From: Methanoregula sp.
GTDB lineage: Archaea; Halobacteriota; Methanomicrobia; Methanomicrobiales; Methanospirillaceae
Length of the DNA: 64,000 nucleotides
Direction: 5' to 3'
NCBI RefSeq assembly: GCF_035543475.1
Contig: NZ_DATKKA010000010.1
Location: 7,363-71,362, forward strand
Positions 19,348-29,434 of this stretch are shown here, piece by piece (positions within the stretch are counted from its first letter, which is position 1; every line of letters starts with the position of its first letter). The notes beneath the pieces are model-generated. The model did no database searches, was not told the origin of the DNA, and saw nothing but the letters and a program-made list of their open reading frames with translations. Made by a program: the position numbers and the translations under genes.

Positions 19348-20940
19348 ATGAAAATAACACCATTCTTCTGTATTGTAGTTCTCTTTGTCTGTGGTATAGG
19401 AATCACCTGCCCGGCGCTTGGAGCGGTTCCGGTAGCATCGTTCATATCGAATGCCTCCTCAGGAAACGTTCCGCTCACGGTACAGTTTGTGGATTCATCC
19501 CTGAACTCGCCGACGTCCTGGACGTGGTTATTCGGCGACGGAGGGATATCTACCCTCCAGAACCCGTCACATATCTACACAACCCCCGGCACCTACACGG
19601 TGACGCTGATCGCTGCAAACTCTGCAGGAACCAATACCGCAACGTACCAGGGATACGTTACCGCAACGAAGGCCGCATCAGTACCGGTGGTCTCGTTTGT
19701 GACCAATGTTACCGCAGGATCCCCACCCTTCACCGTGCAGTTCCTGGATACGTCAACCAATTCCCCGGCTTCCTGGGTCTGGTCCTTTGGTGATGGAGGA
19801 ACATCGGCCAGCCCCAACCCGGTACATACATATACTTCGTCCGGTTCCTTTACGGTGACACTCACCGCCACGAATGCAGCAGGCAGCAACACCACATCAA
19901 TGAGTAACTACATCACCATCCTCCCCGTCACGGTCGTCCCCACAGCAATCTTCAAGACCACCATAACCAGCGGTTACGAGCCATTGACCGTCCAATTCGT
20001 TGACGCCTCCACGAACTCCCCGAACTCCTGGGTCTGGTCTTTTGGTGACGGCGGAACCTCCACACTCCAGAACCCGTCACATACCTACACTGCAGCCGGG
20101 TCCTATACGGTCACCCTTACCGCATCAAACATTGTGGGGAGCAATACCGTCTCCCAGCCCGGGTACATCACCGTAAACGCGGCCATGCCGGCGGCGGCCT
20201 TCACTTCCAACGTGACTTCAGGGACAAATCCACTCAGTGTCCAGTTTATCGATACCACCAACAATACTCCGACGGGCTGGTACTGGACTTTTGGTGACGG
20301 TGGAACCTCCACACTCCAGAACCCAATTCATACCTTTACAACGGTCGGTTCCTATGCAGTCTCGCTTGGTGCAACCAACTCTGCAGGCAGCAACACGACT
20401 ACCATGCCCGCGTATATTACGGTCTCCAATGCCCTTTCGGCACCGTCAAGTTCCTTTAGTGCCGATATCCGGTCGGGAAATGCCCCGCTGACGGTTCAGT
20501 TCCAGGACACCTCGAGTAATTCCCCGAACGGCTGGCAGTGGCTCTTTGGCGACGGTTCTACCAGTACCGACCAGAACCCCATGCATACCTATACCACAGC
20601 GGGTTCCTATTCCGTCAGCCTCACAACGGTAAATCCGGGCGGGCACAATACCACAGTCATGCCGGGATTTATCACGGTTGCCGAACCCTTTACAACCGCC
20701 ACCCCGACCATGGCCGCTGCATCAACCACATTCCCGACGGCACAAGGGACAACTGCACAGCCAGCGCAGACACCCTCCTCAATAGTGACAAACGCAACAT
20801 CAGCACCGGCCGGAACATCCCCCTCATGGACGCTTCCCCTGATAGGCATCGTGATCCTGGTCCTGGCTGGCATCGCCTATATTCTCCACTCCCGGGGCCG
20901 TTCCGGGGGCAGAAGGCATTCGGGACGCAGGGAACTGTAA
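19348..20940 (+). CDS. surface protein with five tandem PKD domains and a C-terminal membrane anchor
   Basis: Signal peptide, then five units of about 88 aa (PLTVQF.D.S.NSP.SW.W.FGDGGTS..QNP.H.YT..G.Y.V.L.A.N..G.N), a Thr/Ala-rich linker, a TM helix and a basic tail. Confidence 0.9.
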   Translation: MKITPFFCIVVLFVCGIGITCPALGAVPVASFISNASSGNVPLTVQFVDSSLNSPTSWTWLFGDGGISTLQNPSHIYTTPGTYTVTLIAANSAGTNTATYQGYVTATKAASVPVVSFVTNVTAGSPPFTVQFLDTSTNSPASWVWSFGDGGTSASPNPVHTYTSSGSFTVTLTATNAAGSNTTSMSNYITILPVTVVPTAIFKTTITSGYEPLTVQFVDASTNSPNSWVWSFGDGGTSTLQNPSHTYTAAGSYTVTLTASNIVGSNTVSQPGYITVNAAMPAAAFTSNVTSGTNPLSVQFIDTTNNTPTGWYWTFGDGGTSTLQNPIHTFTTVGSYAVSLGATNSAGSNTTTMPAYITVSNALSAPSSSFSADIRSGNAPLTVQFQDTSSNSPNGWQWLFGDGSTSTDQNPMHTYTTAGSYSVSLTTVNPGGHNTTVMPGFITVAEPFTTATPTMAAASTTFPTAQGTTAQPAQTPSSIVTNATSAPAGTSPSWTLPLIGIVILVLAGIAYILHSRGRSGGRRHSGRREL

Positions 20941-21020
20941 CGGGCCCCGGGGTTCCCCGGGCATCCCGCTTTTCTTTGTGGCACGTGACCGGATAAAAAA
21001 AATAAAAAGGGGGATCCCGC

Positions 21021-22508
21021 TCAGTCCATTTTTTCCCGGGCGATACACTCGAAATCGATAAAGCCATTGTAAGGATCCGTTTTCAGGAGCCGGACCCGTA
21101 CCTTCTGGCCCACACGGAGATTACGCTCTCCCTTCACCACCCGCCCTTCTGCCGGGGGCGTCAGGAGCCGCACGTACGTTCCCTTGTCCGCAACCCCGGT
21201 CACCAGCGCCTCAAACGTCTTACCGAGACTGTCCTCGAGCAGCATGGCAGCAACGGACTTCCGCATGAACCTCTTCACCTTCTTTGACGCCTTCTCCCGG
21301 TCCGTCAGCCAGAGCGCCTTATCCTGAAGCTCGGCAGCAGAGTAGGGACCGGGACTCTTCGTCAGGATGGCCTTTATCTGGCGCTGGTTGATGATATCCA
21401 CGTATCGCCGGTTCGGTGCTGTGGCGTGCGTATAATCGACAACCGCAAGGGCAAAATGACCGGTCGGGGTCTCACCCGGTTCAAGCATGGTATACTCTCC
21501 CGGACCCAGCAGTTTGATGATCGTAAGGGAGAGATCCGGAAAATGGAGCGGATCAACAGCCTTCTGCCGGGCGAGGAAACGTGCAAGCGCTTTGGCATCC
21601 GGCTTGTCGGGCAGGGTCTCGCCAAGGGCTGCAGCAGTGAGTAAGATACCGGCCCAGTTTCTGGGGGTCTTGACCACCCTCTGGATCATCGGGACACCGG
21701 CAGCACCCAGCCTCGCGACCATGGTCCCGTTCGCGGCCACCATGAACTCCTCGATTAAGGCCCGTGCAGGGTCGGGAGTCCGGGTCACTAGTCCCCGCAC
21801 CTCGCCATTCTCCATGACCACTTCGGCTTCCAGGGTATCGAATTCAAGCGCTCCCTGAGCCCTGCGGAAGGTGCGCAAAAGCTGTGCGGTTTCATTCTGG
21901 AGGCGGACCTGTTCTTCGAGCCCGGGAATATCCTTTATCGCCGGGGGTATCGGACCGGTGCCGTCAAGCCAGTCCCCCACTTTCTCGTACACCAGTTTTG
22001 CCCGGTTGCGCACCAGCCCACGGTAGACCTCCTTCGGGGTAAAGCTCCCGTCCCGGTTGACGACAAACTCAATAATTACGGCAAGACGGTCCCGGTCCTG
22101 CAGGAGGGAGGTAATACCATAGGAGAGACGCTCGGGAAGCATGGGGAAAGTGATAACCCCTGTGTAGACCGATGTCCCGTTGTGGGCCGCGTACTCGTCA
22201 GTTGGGGAATGCTGGTGAACATAGGAATCGACATCGGCGATGGCAACCTTAACGCGGATCGCCCCCTCCGGAGTACGTTCGCAGTATTCCAGCTGGTCAA
22301 GGTCCTGTGAATCGTGGTTATCGATCGATGACCAGAGCAGGTGCCGGAGATCACAGGTCTCCTCGGGACATCCGGCAAATATCCGTTCCTGCATCCCGTT
22401 GACCTCATCCATCACCGGAGGGGGGAACCGGGCCACAAATCCGTACTTTTCCATCGCACGCCACGCAATGGTCCTGAGATCGATATCATGGGGCCGGGGT
22501 TTTTTCAT
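21021..22508 (-). CDS. rnr: RNB-domain exoribonuclease (RNase II/R family) with C-terminal S1-like domain
   Basis: RNB-like core (WSSIDNHDSQDLDQLEY...AHNGTSVYT...FPMLPE). The start was chosen at MKKPRPHD; the listed ORF extends to 22598. Confidence 0.8.
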   Translation of the reverse strand: MKKPRPHDIDLRTIAWRAMEKYGFVARFPPPVMDEVNGMQERIFAGCPEETCDLRHLLWSSIDNHDSQDLDQLEYCERTPEGAIRVKVAIADVDSYVHQHSPTDEYAAHNGTSVYTGVITFPMLPERLSYGITSLLQDRDRLAVIIEFVVNRDGSFTPKEVYRGLVRNRAKLVYEKVGDWLDGTGPIPPAIKDIPGLEEQVRLQNETAQLLRTFRRAQGALEFDTLEAEVVMENGEVRGLVTRTPDPARALIEEFMVAANGTMVARLGAAGVPMIQRVVKTPRNWAGILLTAAALGETLPDKPDAKALARFLARQKAVDPLHFPDLSLTIIKLLGPGEYTMLEPGETPTGHFALAVVDYTHATAPNRRYVDIINQRQIKAILTKSPGPYSAAELQDKALWLTDREKASKKVKRFMRKSVAAMLLEDSLGKTFEALVTGVADKGTYVRLLTPPAEGRVVKGERNLRVGQKVRVRLLKTDPYNGFIDFECIAREKMD

Positions 22509-22637
22509 ATCTACCGTGTGTTCTCGCTGGATGCTTAAATATCTCGTGAATTGCTCTCCCGGTTTTTCCCATAACGGGTACAGAAACGAAAAACACAAGT
22601 GCGGGGCAGATGAGGGAATCGAGGAGACAGGATGTGT

Positions 22638-23306
22638 TTATGCCCCTGAGGGGATCTCAAGACTTTCTCCGGGTTGCAATATTTTCACGGTGAGATCCGT
22701 GGTCCGCTCGATGGCCATCTTAAACTCTCCGGCATCTGCCGTAATCTTCTCCCAGGTATTGTAATGGATCGGCACCACGGTCTTTGCACCGACAAACTGT
22801 GCTGCCATCATCGCCTCCCGGGTCCCCATTGTATACCTTCCGCCAATGGGGAGGAGGGCAACATCGGGATGATAAAGCTCGCCGATCAGTTTCATATCAG
22901 AAAAAAGTCCGGTATCCCCGGCGTGGTACACGCTCACCCCGTCCATCCGGACCACAAACCCTGCAGCTGCGCCAGTACTTCCTGTCATGGCCGGATCATC
23001 AATCCTTGAAGAGTGAAGTGCCTGGGTCATGGTGACCCTGACACCGCAGATGTCAAGAGTACCGCCAATGTTCATGCCCTCTGCAGGAACACCTTTGGCC
23101 TGAAGGTAATGGGCTAACTCGCCGATTGCCACGGTTGGTTTTTTAAGGTGTATGGTTTCTCCCAGGTGATCGAAATGGCCATGGGTAACCAGAACAAGGT
23201 CCGGATCGATGCCGGCAATGCTCCCCTCATCAACAAAAGGGTCGATGAGGACTTTTTTTGTACCGCTGAGCAGGACACAGGCATGGCCAAACCACGTGAG
23301 GTGCAT
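22638..23306 (-). CDS. metallo-beta-lactamase-fold hydrolase (UPF0173-like)
   Basis: MHLTWFGHACVLL... and VTHGHFDH. The start was chosen at the internal Met; the listed ORF extends to 23339. Confidence 0.8.
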   Translation of the reverse strand: MHLTWFGHACVLLSGTKKVLIDPFVDEGSIAGIDPDLVLVTHGHFDHLGETIHLKKPTVAIGELAHYLQAKGVPAEGMNIGGTLDICGVRVTMTQALHSSRIDDPAMTGSTGAAAGFVVRMDGVSVYHAGDTGLFSDMKLIGELYHPDVALLPIGGRYTMGTREAMMAAQFVGAKTVVPIHYNTWEKITADAGEFKMAIERTTDLTVKILQPGESLEIPSGA

Positions 23307-23393
23307 ATATACCGGTGGGGCGTGCGCAGGGATGAACATTTTTATGGCCGGGAGGGGGGCGAAAAAAAGGGTAAAGGAGATAATGAAACGGTT

Positions 23394-24002
23394 TTATGTC
23401 ACATCGATCAGTTCGGCTTCCGTAATATCAATGGATTCGCCCAGGTTGTCAGCGGTCGCGCTCCGGGTCATCTGTTCGGAGAGATCGCGGTCTTCCATGA
23501 CGTCCCGGATCCGATGGATGTACGGATCGATGGTGGGGTCTTCCTGTTCTTCAATGACATGCCGGTATTCGCGAAGCGTGGAGGGACTGACGCCAAGTTC
23601 ATCGGAGACCTCCTTCATGGTCTTTCCCGAGGCTATCAGGTCTTCCATTTTCTCCTTGTCAAACGGCATTCTGAAATCCAGGTCGCGGAAGAGCTTGAGC
23701 CGCACCCTTGCCCTTGCGACGGTCTTGCTCAGCTTCTCGTCTCCCAGTTCGCGGGCGATCTCGGTATCGTTCTTTCCGGCATAGAAGGAGGTGACCAGCT
23801 TCGCGAGCTGGATGGGTTTGAGCGAGGTCTTGAAGATCCCCTGTTCGATGATCTCCCGCATAACGAGGGCGACCTCGCGTTCGATCGCATCACTGTCCCG
23901 GAGGGTGCCATGAATGTTTTTCATCGGCTCGACAATCTTTGTCTTGCCGGACATGGTGCTGAAGAGTTCCAGCAACTGTGCTTTCCGTTTGTCTTCCGTC
24001 AT
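23394..24002 (-). CDS. conserved archaeal helix-turn-helix protein
   Basis: Two HTH-like segments (NDTEIARELGDEKLSKTVARARV and KTMKEVSDELGVSPSTLREY) and an acidic tail. Divergent from glyS. Confidence 0.7.
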   Translation of the reverse strand: MTEDKRKAQLLELFSTMSGKTKIVEPMKNIHGTLRDSDAIEREVALVMREIIEQGIFKTSLKPIQLAKLVTSFYAGKNDTEIARELGDEKLSKTVARARVRLKLFRDLDFRMPFDKEKMEDLIASGKTMKEVSDELGVSPSTLREYRHVIEEQEDPTIDPYIHRIRDVMEDRDLSEQMTRSATADNLGESIDITEAELIDVT

Positions 24003-24282
24003 TGGATACCCCGTCTTGGGATTAGGATATACAATACTTCGTCAACTATTTAATGCTATCTTTACAGTTCTTTTGACCAGAAACCTTTTATTTAGCGCTG
24101 GATCGCATTTTATGGACTTTCGGGATTCGCGCACAAAATGCAGTTCCGGACTGGATAAATGAAATCTGTATCAGTACAGATCCTGTTGCTGCCAAACACC
24201 CCATGCGGTCATGCAAGACCCGGACGCGAGCCTTTTTGTCGGGAGTGGTGCAACTGTATAAGAGAAGATTCAGGGAACCTGC

Positions 24283-26004
24283 ATGAGCGATGTTTTTGAA
24301 AATGTAATGGATCTGGCCAAGCGTCGGGGTTTTATCTGGCCGACCTCGGAATGTTACGGGGCGGTGGCCGGTTTTATCGATTACGGCCCTCTCGGTGCCA
24401 TGATGAAGCGGAGGATAGAGAATATCTGGCGGCATTTTTACGTTGTCCAGGAAGGGTATTACGAGATCGAATGCCCGACGATCGCCCAGGAAGCAGTCTT
24501 TATCGCCTCCGGTCACGTCAAGGGATTCTCCGACAAGATGTGCCAGTGCCCGCACTGTAAGGAATACCTCAGGGCCGACCACGTGGCTGATGGCGGCGGG
24601 GTCTGCGGAGCCTCAACAATGGACAATGCAACGCTTGCCGCTGCGATTGCAACCTGTAGGTGCCCTGCCTGCGATGAGGTACTCGGGAACGTCGACGTAT
24701 ACAACTTCAACCTCATGTTCCAGACAACGATTGGCCCCGGGTCCCAGCGCGTCGGGTACCTCCGCCCCGAAACTGCACAGGGTATGTTTGTGGACTTTTC
24801 CCGGCTCCTGAGGTTCTACCGCGACAAGCTTCCGTTTGGGGCGGTGCAGATCGGCAAGTCTTACCGGAACGAGATCTCGCCCCGGCAGGGTATGATCCGG
24901 CTCCGCGAATTCACCCAGGCAGAAGCCGAGATCTTTGTCCACCCGGCCGAGAAGAACCGCCACCCGGCATTCAAGCGATATGCGAATTACCGGATGCCCC
25001 TGCTGACCTACACGCACCAGCAAAAATGTGAACCCGCAGTTGAAATGTCGATGCGTGACGCGGTAGACGGCGGTATTATCGCAAACGAGTATGTCGCCTA
25101 CTATGTAGCCCTCACCCATGAACTGCTGGTGACCGTTGGCATCAGGCCGGACCGGCTCCGGTTCCGGCAGCATCTTCCCGACGAACGGGCGCACTATGCC
25201 ACAGATTGCTGGGATGCGGAAGTGTACTCGGACCGCTTCGGCTGGGTCGAGACTGTCGGGATCGCCGACCGGACCAGTTACGATCTCAATGCTCATGCAG
25301 GACAGAGCGGCACTTCGATGACGGTCTTCATCCAGTACGAGACGCCAAAAAAGGTAGAGCGCCGGCGCATTATCCCGAACATGGGAGTGCTGGGCAAGCA
25401 GTACCGGCAGAAGGCAAAGGCGATCTTTGCCGCCCTCGAGACCGCAACACCGACTGCAGAAGGTGCAGATGTCACCGTGGATGGCGAGACCATCCATATC
25501 CCGGCCAACCTCTTCGAGGTAAGAGATGAGGTTGTGGATATCCGGGGCGAAGAGATCGTGCCCCACGTGATTGAACCCTCGTACGGCATCGACCGGATGT
25601 GCTATGCGGTGCTCGAGCAGGCCTACGATGAGGACACCGCGGACGGCGAGAAGCGCACCGTGCTCCGGCTCTCCCCGCAGGTCGCCCCCGTACAGGTTGC
25701 CGTCTTCCCGCTCATGGCCCGGGACGGCCTCGACACCCTGGCCGGGGAGATCACGACAACGCTCCAGAAGCAGGGTATCCTCGCGGAGTACGACGATTCC
25801 GGTGCAATCGGTCGCCGTTACCGCAGGCAGGATGAGATCGGAACCCCGTTTGCGATCACGGTCGACTATGATTCGAAAGAGAACCACACTGTTACCCTCA
25901 GGGACCGGGACAGCATGAAGCAGGTCCGGGTGGCTATTGACAGCATCCCGGGCACAATAAGTGCACTGGTCAGGGGCGACAAAAAATTCGCGGAACTGGG
26001 ATAA
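24283..26004 (+). CDS. glyS: glycyl-tRNA synthetase (archaeal/eukaryotic alpha2 type)
   Basis: 573 aa. MSDVFENVMDLAKRRGFIWPTSECYGAVAGFIDYGPLG... is a typical class II GlyRS N-terminus. An anticodon-binding domain lies at the C-terminus. Confidence 0.95.
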   Translation: MSDVFENVMDLAKRRGFIWPTSECYGAVAGFIDYGPLGAMMKRRIENIWRHFYVVQEGYYEIECPTIAQEAVFIASGHVKGFSDKMCQCPHCKEYLRADHVADGGGVCGASTMDNATLAAAIATCRCPACDEVLGNVDVYNFNLMFQTTIGPGSQRVGYLRPETAQGMFVDFSRLLRFYRDKLPFGAVQIGKSYRNEISPRQGMIRLREFTQAEAEIFVHPAEKNRHPAFKRYANYRMPLLTYTHQQKCEPAVEMSMRDAVDGGIIANEYVAYYVALTHELLVTVGIRPDRLRFRQHLPDERAHYATDCWDAEVYSDRFGWVETVGIADRTSYDLNAHAGQSGTSMTVFIQYETPKKVERRRIIPNMGVLGKQYRQKAKAIFAALETATPTAEGADVTVDGETIHIPANLFEVRDEVVDIRGEEIVPHVIEPSYGIDRMCYAVLEQAYDEDTADGEKRTVLRLSPQVAPVQVAVFPLMARDGLDTLAGEITTTLQKQGILAEYDDSGAIGRRYRRQDEIGTPFAITVDYDSKENHTVTLRDRDSMKQVRVAIDSIPGTISALVRGDKKFAELG

Positions 26005-26062
26005 GATATCCTTTTTCGGGTTACTACCTATATCATTTAGTAAATTTTTGCTCCCTGAGAGT

Positions 26063-26190
26063 ACGATGCCTGCCGCCGCCCCGACGGGGCGCCCCCGCGG
26101 CGGCCTCAATTACCTTTTCTTTTCCCGCCGACAAAACCGGTAATTTGCCCCGCCGTGCCCCGGGGGCCCTGAGGCAGGGAGCCCTCGCTC
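26063..26190 (+). repeat. structured GC-rich hairpin element, copy 1 (upstream of hef)
   Basis: ACGATGCC-TGCCGCCGC/CCCGACGGG/GCGCCCCC/GCGGCGGC-CTCAATTACC ... GGTAATTTGCCCCGCCGTGCCCCGG. Has an 8-bp outer stem (26072-79 with 26097-104) and an inner CCC-GAC-GGG hairpin. Confidence 0.75.
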
Positions 26191-26272
26191 CAATGAGAGA
26201 ACGGAAACAGAATTCTCCTTTCCCCCCACAATTCCCTATATTACCCGGCGAGATCAAATCCTCATCAGAAAT

Positions 26273-28510
26273 ATGCCCTGCATCAGCCATCCCCTCATCC
26301 GTCCTGACAGTATCGAGTCGCGGGAGTACCAGCTCGCGATCGCGATGAAGGCGCTGGATGCCAATACGATGGTGATCCTCCCCACGGGTCTTGGGAAGAC
26401 TGCTGTCGCCCTGCTCGTTGCCGCTTCACGGCTTTACAACGAGGGGGGACGGGTGCTGATGCTTGCCCCCACAAAACCACTTGTAGAGCAACACCTCCGT
26501 TTTTTCGAGAAGTACCTTATCGCGAAGAGCCCGGCAGGCGCTGAAGGTTCGCCGTTTGCCATGTTTACCGGCGAGGCCCCGCCCGCCGAACGCACTGCAG
26601 ACTGGGAACGCTCACAGGTGGTCTTTGCCACCCCGCAGGTGGTAAAAAACGATCTTATTGCCGGGCGCTATACGTTGCAGGACGTAACGCTCCTCATTGT
26701 TGACGAATGCCACCGGGCAGTGGGAAACTATGCCTATGTCTTTCTCGCCCGTCGCTACCACGACACCGCTGCAAAACCCCTCCTCCTGGCCATGACCGCC
26801 TCGCCCGGGGGAGTGCAGGAGAAAGTCAGCGATGTCTGCGCGAATCTCGGCATCGCCCAGATCGAGAACAGGACCGAGAGCGATCCCGATGTCAGCCCCT
26901 ATGTCCACGAGCGCGAAGTTGAAGTCCACCAGATCGATCTTCCGGCAGAACTTAAAGGCGCCATCCACGCCATTCACACGCTGATCGATGATCGGCTGGG
27001 ACTCCTGGCCTCACTCGGTTTTGCAGTCCCAAAAAGGGACAGGCTGTCGATGAAGGAGCTGGCTGGTATCAACGCCCAGATCCAGCAGCGGATCCAGAAC
27101 CGCGACCCGGCGGGGTATTCGGCCGCCTCGGTGTACGCGGAGTGCTTAAAACTCAAACATGCCGTGACCCTTGCCGAATCACAGGGGAGTGAGGTCTTCC
27201 GCGGCTACATCGCAAAACTGGTGGCCGAGGGGACGGGTCCAGGTGGGAGCAAGGCAAGCCAGCGACTGAGCAGGGACCCTGCCTTCCATACCCTGTACGA
27301 ACAGACGCTTACCTGGACCGGGGAACTTCATCCCAAACCCGCAGCAGTCCTTGAGATTGTAAAAGAGCAGATCGATACTCATCCCGACAGCCGGATCATC
27401 ATCTTTGCCACCTTCCGGGACACGGTCCAGCTTCTCGTCGATTACCTCTCCAAAAACGGGATCTCCTGTGAACGGTTCGTGGGCCAGGCCACGAAGGACG
27501 CGGAGAAAGGACTCTCGCAGAAGAGGCAGATCGCTGCCCTGGCCCGGTTCCGGGCCGGGGAATTCAAGGTGCTCATCGCCACTTCCGTCGGCGAGGAGGG
27601 ACTTGATGTCCCCTCCACCGATCTCGTGATCTTCTACGAGCCGGTCCCCTCCGAGATCCGGTCCATCCAGCGCAAGGGGCGGACCGGGCGGTCTGGTGCA
27701 GGAAGAGTGGTGGTGCTTACCACCAAAGGAACATCAGACGATGTGTACCGGTACGTGAGCCAGACCAAGGAGCGGCAGATGCAGAAGAACCTGCGGCAGA
27801 TGAGCGGACAGGGAATCACGGCACAGCAACCGGTTGTGGCCGACCAGACCCGGATCGAGGAGTTCACCCCGCAGGGCCCGGCGATCCGGATCGACGACCG
27901 CGAGACTTCCTCGAAAGTTGTCGAGGAACTCTCCGGCATGGGAGCGGCGATCCGGCTCCAACGCCTGCCCCGGGGGGACTATGCCATCGGTGACCGCATC
28001 CTTGTCGAGCGCAAGACCGCACGGGACTTTGTCGATACCCTCATCAACCGCGACCTTCTCGGGCAGGCCAAGGCACTCGCGGATGCCGTACCGCGGCCGG
28101 TCATGGTGATCGAGGGAGGCGACATCTACATGCAACGGGATATGAACCCGAACGCACTCCGCGGGGTGCTCGCAGCACTAGCCATCGATATGGGCATCAC
28201 CCTGCTTTTCACCCGGGACGAGCAGGACACGGCGCAGATGCTCTTTGTAATGGCAAAAAGGGAGGAAGGCGAACGCGGTGAGCGCAAACTCCATCCGCAC
28301 AAGTCATTTACGTCGGCAAAAGAGGAGCAGGAATATATTATCTCGGCGTTTCCCGAGATAGGACTGAAGAACGCAAGGCTGTTGCTGGCGCATTTTGGAT
28401 CCATCCAGGGGATTGCAAATGCAACGCTTGAGGAACTGGTTGCGGTGAAGGGGATCGGAGAGAAGACGGGGACGAAGATCTTTGAGTTGTGCCGGAGAAA
28501 GTACGGGTGA
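26273..28510 (+). CDS. hef: Hef helicase/nuclease (SF2 helicase fused to ERCC4/XPF nuclease and HhH2)
   Basis: PTGLGKT, DECH box, ERCC4 motif GDYAIGDRILVERKTARDF, and a C-terminal HhH (VKGIGEKTGTKI). Confidence 0.95.
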   Translation: MPCISHPLIRPDSIESREYQLAIAMKALDANTMVILPTGLGKTAVALLVAASRLYNEGGRVLMLAPTKPLVEQHLRFFEKYLIAKSPAGAEGSPFAMFTGEAPPAERTADWERSQVVFATPQVVKNDLIAGRYTLQDVTLLIVDECHRAVGNYAYVFLARRYHDTAAKPLLLAMTASPGGVQEKVSDVCANLGIAQIENRTESDPDVSPYVHEREVEVHQIDLPAELKGAIHAIHTLIDDRLGLLASLGFAVPKRDRLSMKELAGINAQIQQRIQNRDPAGYSAASVYAECLKLKHAVTLAESQGSEVFRGYIAKLVAEGTGPGGSKASQRLSRDPAFHTLYEQTLTWTGELHPKPAAVLEIVKEQIDTHPDSRIIIFATFRDTVQLLVDYLSKNGISCERFVGQATKDAEKGLSQKRQIAALARFRAGEFKVLIATSVGEEGLDVPSTDLVIFYEPVPSEIRSIQRKGRTGRSGAGRVVVLTTKGTSDDVYRYVSQTKERQMQKNLRQMSGQGITAQQPVVADQTRIEEFTPQGPAIRIDDRETSSKVVEELSGMGAAIRLQRLPRGDYAIGDRILVERKTARDFVDTLINRDLLGQAKALADAVPRPVMVIEGGDIYMQRDMNPNALRGVLAALAIDMGITLLFTRDEQDTAQMLFVMAKREEGERGERKLHPHKSFTSAKEEQEYIISAFPEIGLKNARLLLAHFGSIQGIANATLEELVAVKGIGEKTGTKIFELCRRKYG

Positions 28511-28681
28511 TCACTCTATTTTTCCATTGCTGTGATCGAAGGGAGTGGCGAATTTACCATATTTATTGTGCAAATTGTGTCTGACAATTCAAACATTCAA
28601 TTTTATAACGTGATGCTTTACTCCCGTTGAGCCAAATCTACCATCTCTGAATTCTTTTTTGTAATTTTCGCCAGACCTGCA

Positions 28682-28880
28682 ACGATGCCTTGCCGCCGCC
28701 CTGAAGGGCGCCCCACGGCGGCCTCAATCACCTGCTAGCCGGGAAACAGGTAATCTGCCCAGCGAGGGCCTGTCGAGGTCCCCGAAAGGGATGGGAAAAC
28801 TCATTTTGCAAATGCATCAGATCGTTAACAATCAGTCCCGCCGTGTCCCGGAAAAGCCCCTTGACGGGAAGAGGTCGCAC
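28682..28880 (+). repeat. structured GC-rich hairpin element, copy 2 (downstream of hef)
   Basis: ACGATGCCTTGCCGCCG/CCCTGAAGGG/CGCCCCA/CGGCGGC-CTCAATCACC ... GGTAATCTGCCC [about 80-nt insertion] CCCGCCGTGTCCCGG. Same orientation and architecture as copy 1, with a different inner loop. Confidence 0.7.
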
Positions 28881-28928
28881 ACCAGCCCATGTGAACCGGT
28901 GAAAAAAATGTTTACAAAAATATTCCAC

Positions 28929-29357
28929 TTACAACCGGCACAAAATCTCAAGTGCCTCGGCCCCGGTCTTCACCGCGGTCATCAGCGTCAGGATATGGTT
29001 TGGGTCTTTTTCGTTATTGATCCGTTCGCAGAGCGCATGGACCGTCATCGCAATTTCTTCGGCAAGCATGCCTCCTTCCTCCTCTTCGCATGAACAGGGC
29101 TCAGCATTATGATCCCCGCCACAGGAACATCCTATGGCGTGGTTGTGGGAATGGGGGTCTGCTGCCGCCGGCGCTGAAGGGGCCTTTGTGGTCTTCGCGA
29201 GCTTTGCCGCGGCATCTTTCTCCGCGCAGACAACACAGAACGTCTTTTTCTTGTATTCAAAGAGCGGACAGCCGCATACCGGGCAGGACTTTTCGAGCAT
29301 CTTTCCCCCTTTCAAGAGATACTCGGCCATGATCTCATCGTCTTTTTTCTCGGGCAT
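28929..29357 (-). CDS. Sjogren syndrome/scleroderma autoantigen-1 (p27)-like zinc-ribbon protein (UPF0148)
   Basis: [31 protein letters not shown] matches the family signature as I remember it. A His/Cys-rich insert lies in the middle. Confidence 0.75.
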   Translation of the reverse strand: MPEKKDDEIMAEYLLKGGKMLEKSCPVCGCPLFEYKKKTFCVVCAEKDAAAKLAKTTKAPSAPAAADPHSHNHAIGCSCGGDHNAEPCSCEEEEGGMLAEEIAMTVHALCERINNEKDPNHILTLMTAVKTGAEALEILCRL

Positions 29358-29434
29358 ACGTCACCGTCTGGTTAATATCCAAACTATATATGCGAGTTAT
29401 ACGTATTAACTACAGGTACGCGGTAGGTGATACC

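Noticed and set aside
18933-19478. 181-aa minus-strand ORF bridging the 18240 gene and the PKD gene
   Set aside because: It overlaps the ends of two better-supported plus-strand genes and has no recognisable features.
19348-20940. Periodic DNA repeats that could be mistaken for a CRISPR-like array (also 34772-35090 and 50979-51115)
   Set aside because: All are in-frame coding repeats (PKD modules, Gly-rich and Thr/Pro linkers) with no spacer-repeat structure. No cas genes are present.
24613-26109. 498-aa minus-strand ORF covering most of glyS
   Set aside because: Antisense shadow ORF typical of GC-rich DNA. It is Arg/Gly/Pro/Asp-rich with no motifs, whereas the plus strand encodes an unmistakable GlyRS.
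26063-26110. Possibility that the hef-flanking hairpin elements are C/D-box sRNAs
   Set aside because: No RUGAUGA C box is present, and a CUGA D box occurs in only one copy. The architecture is a long GC stem, not a kink-turn sRNA.
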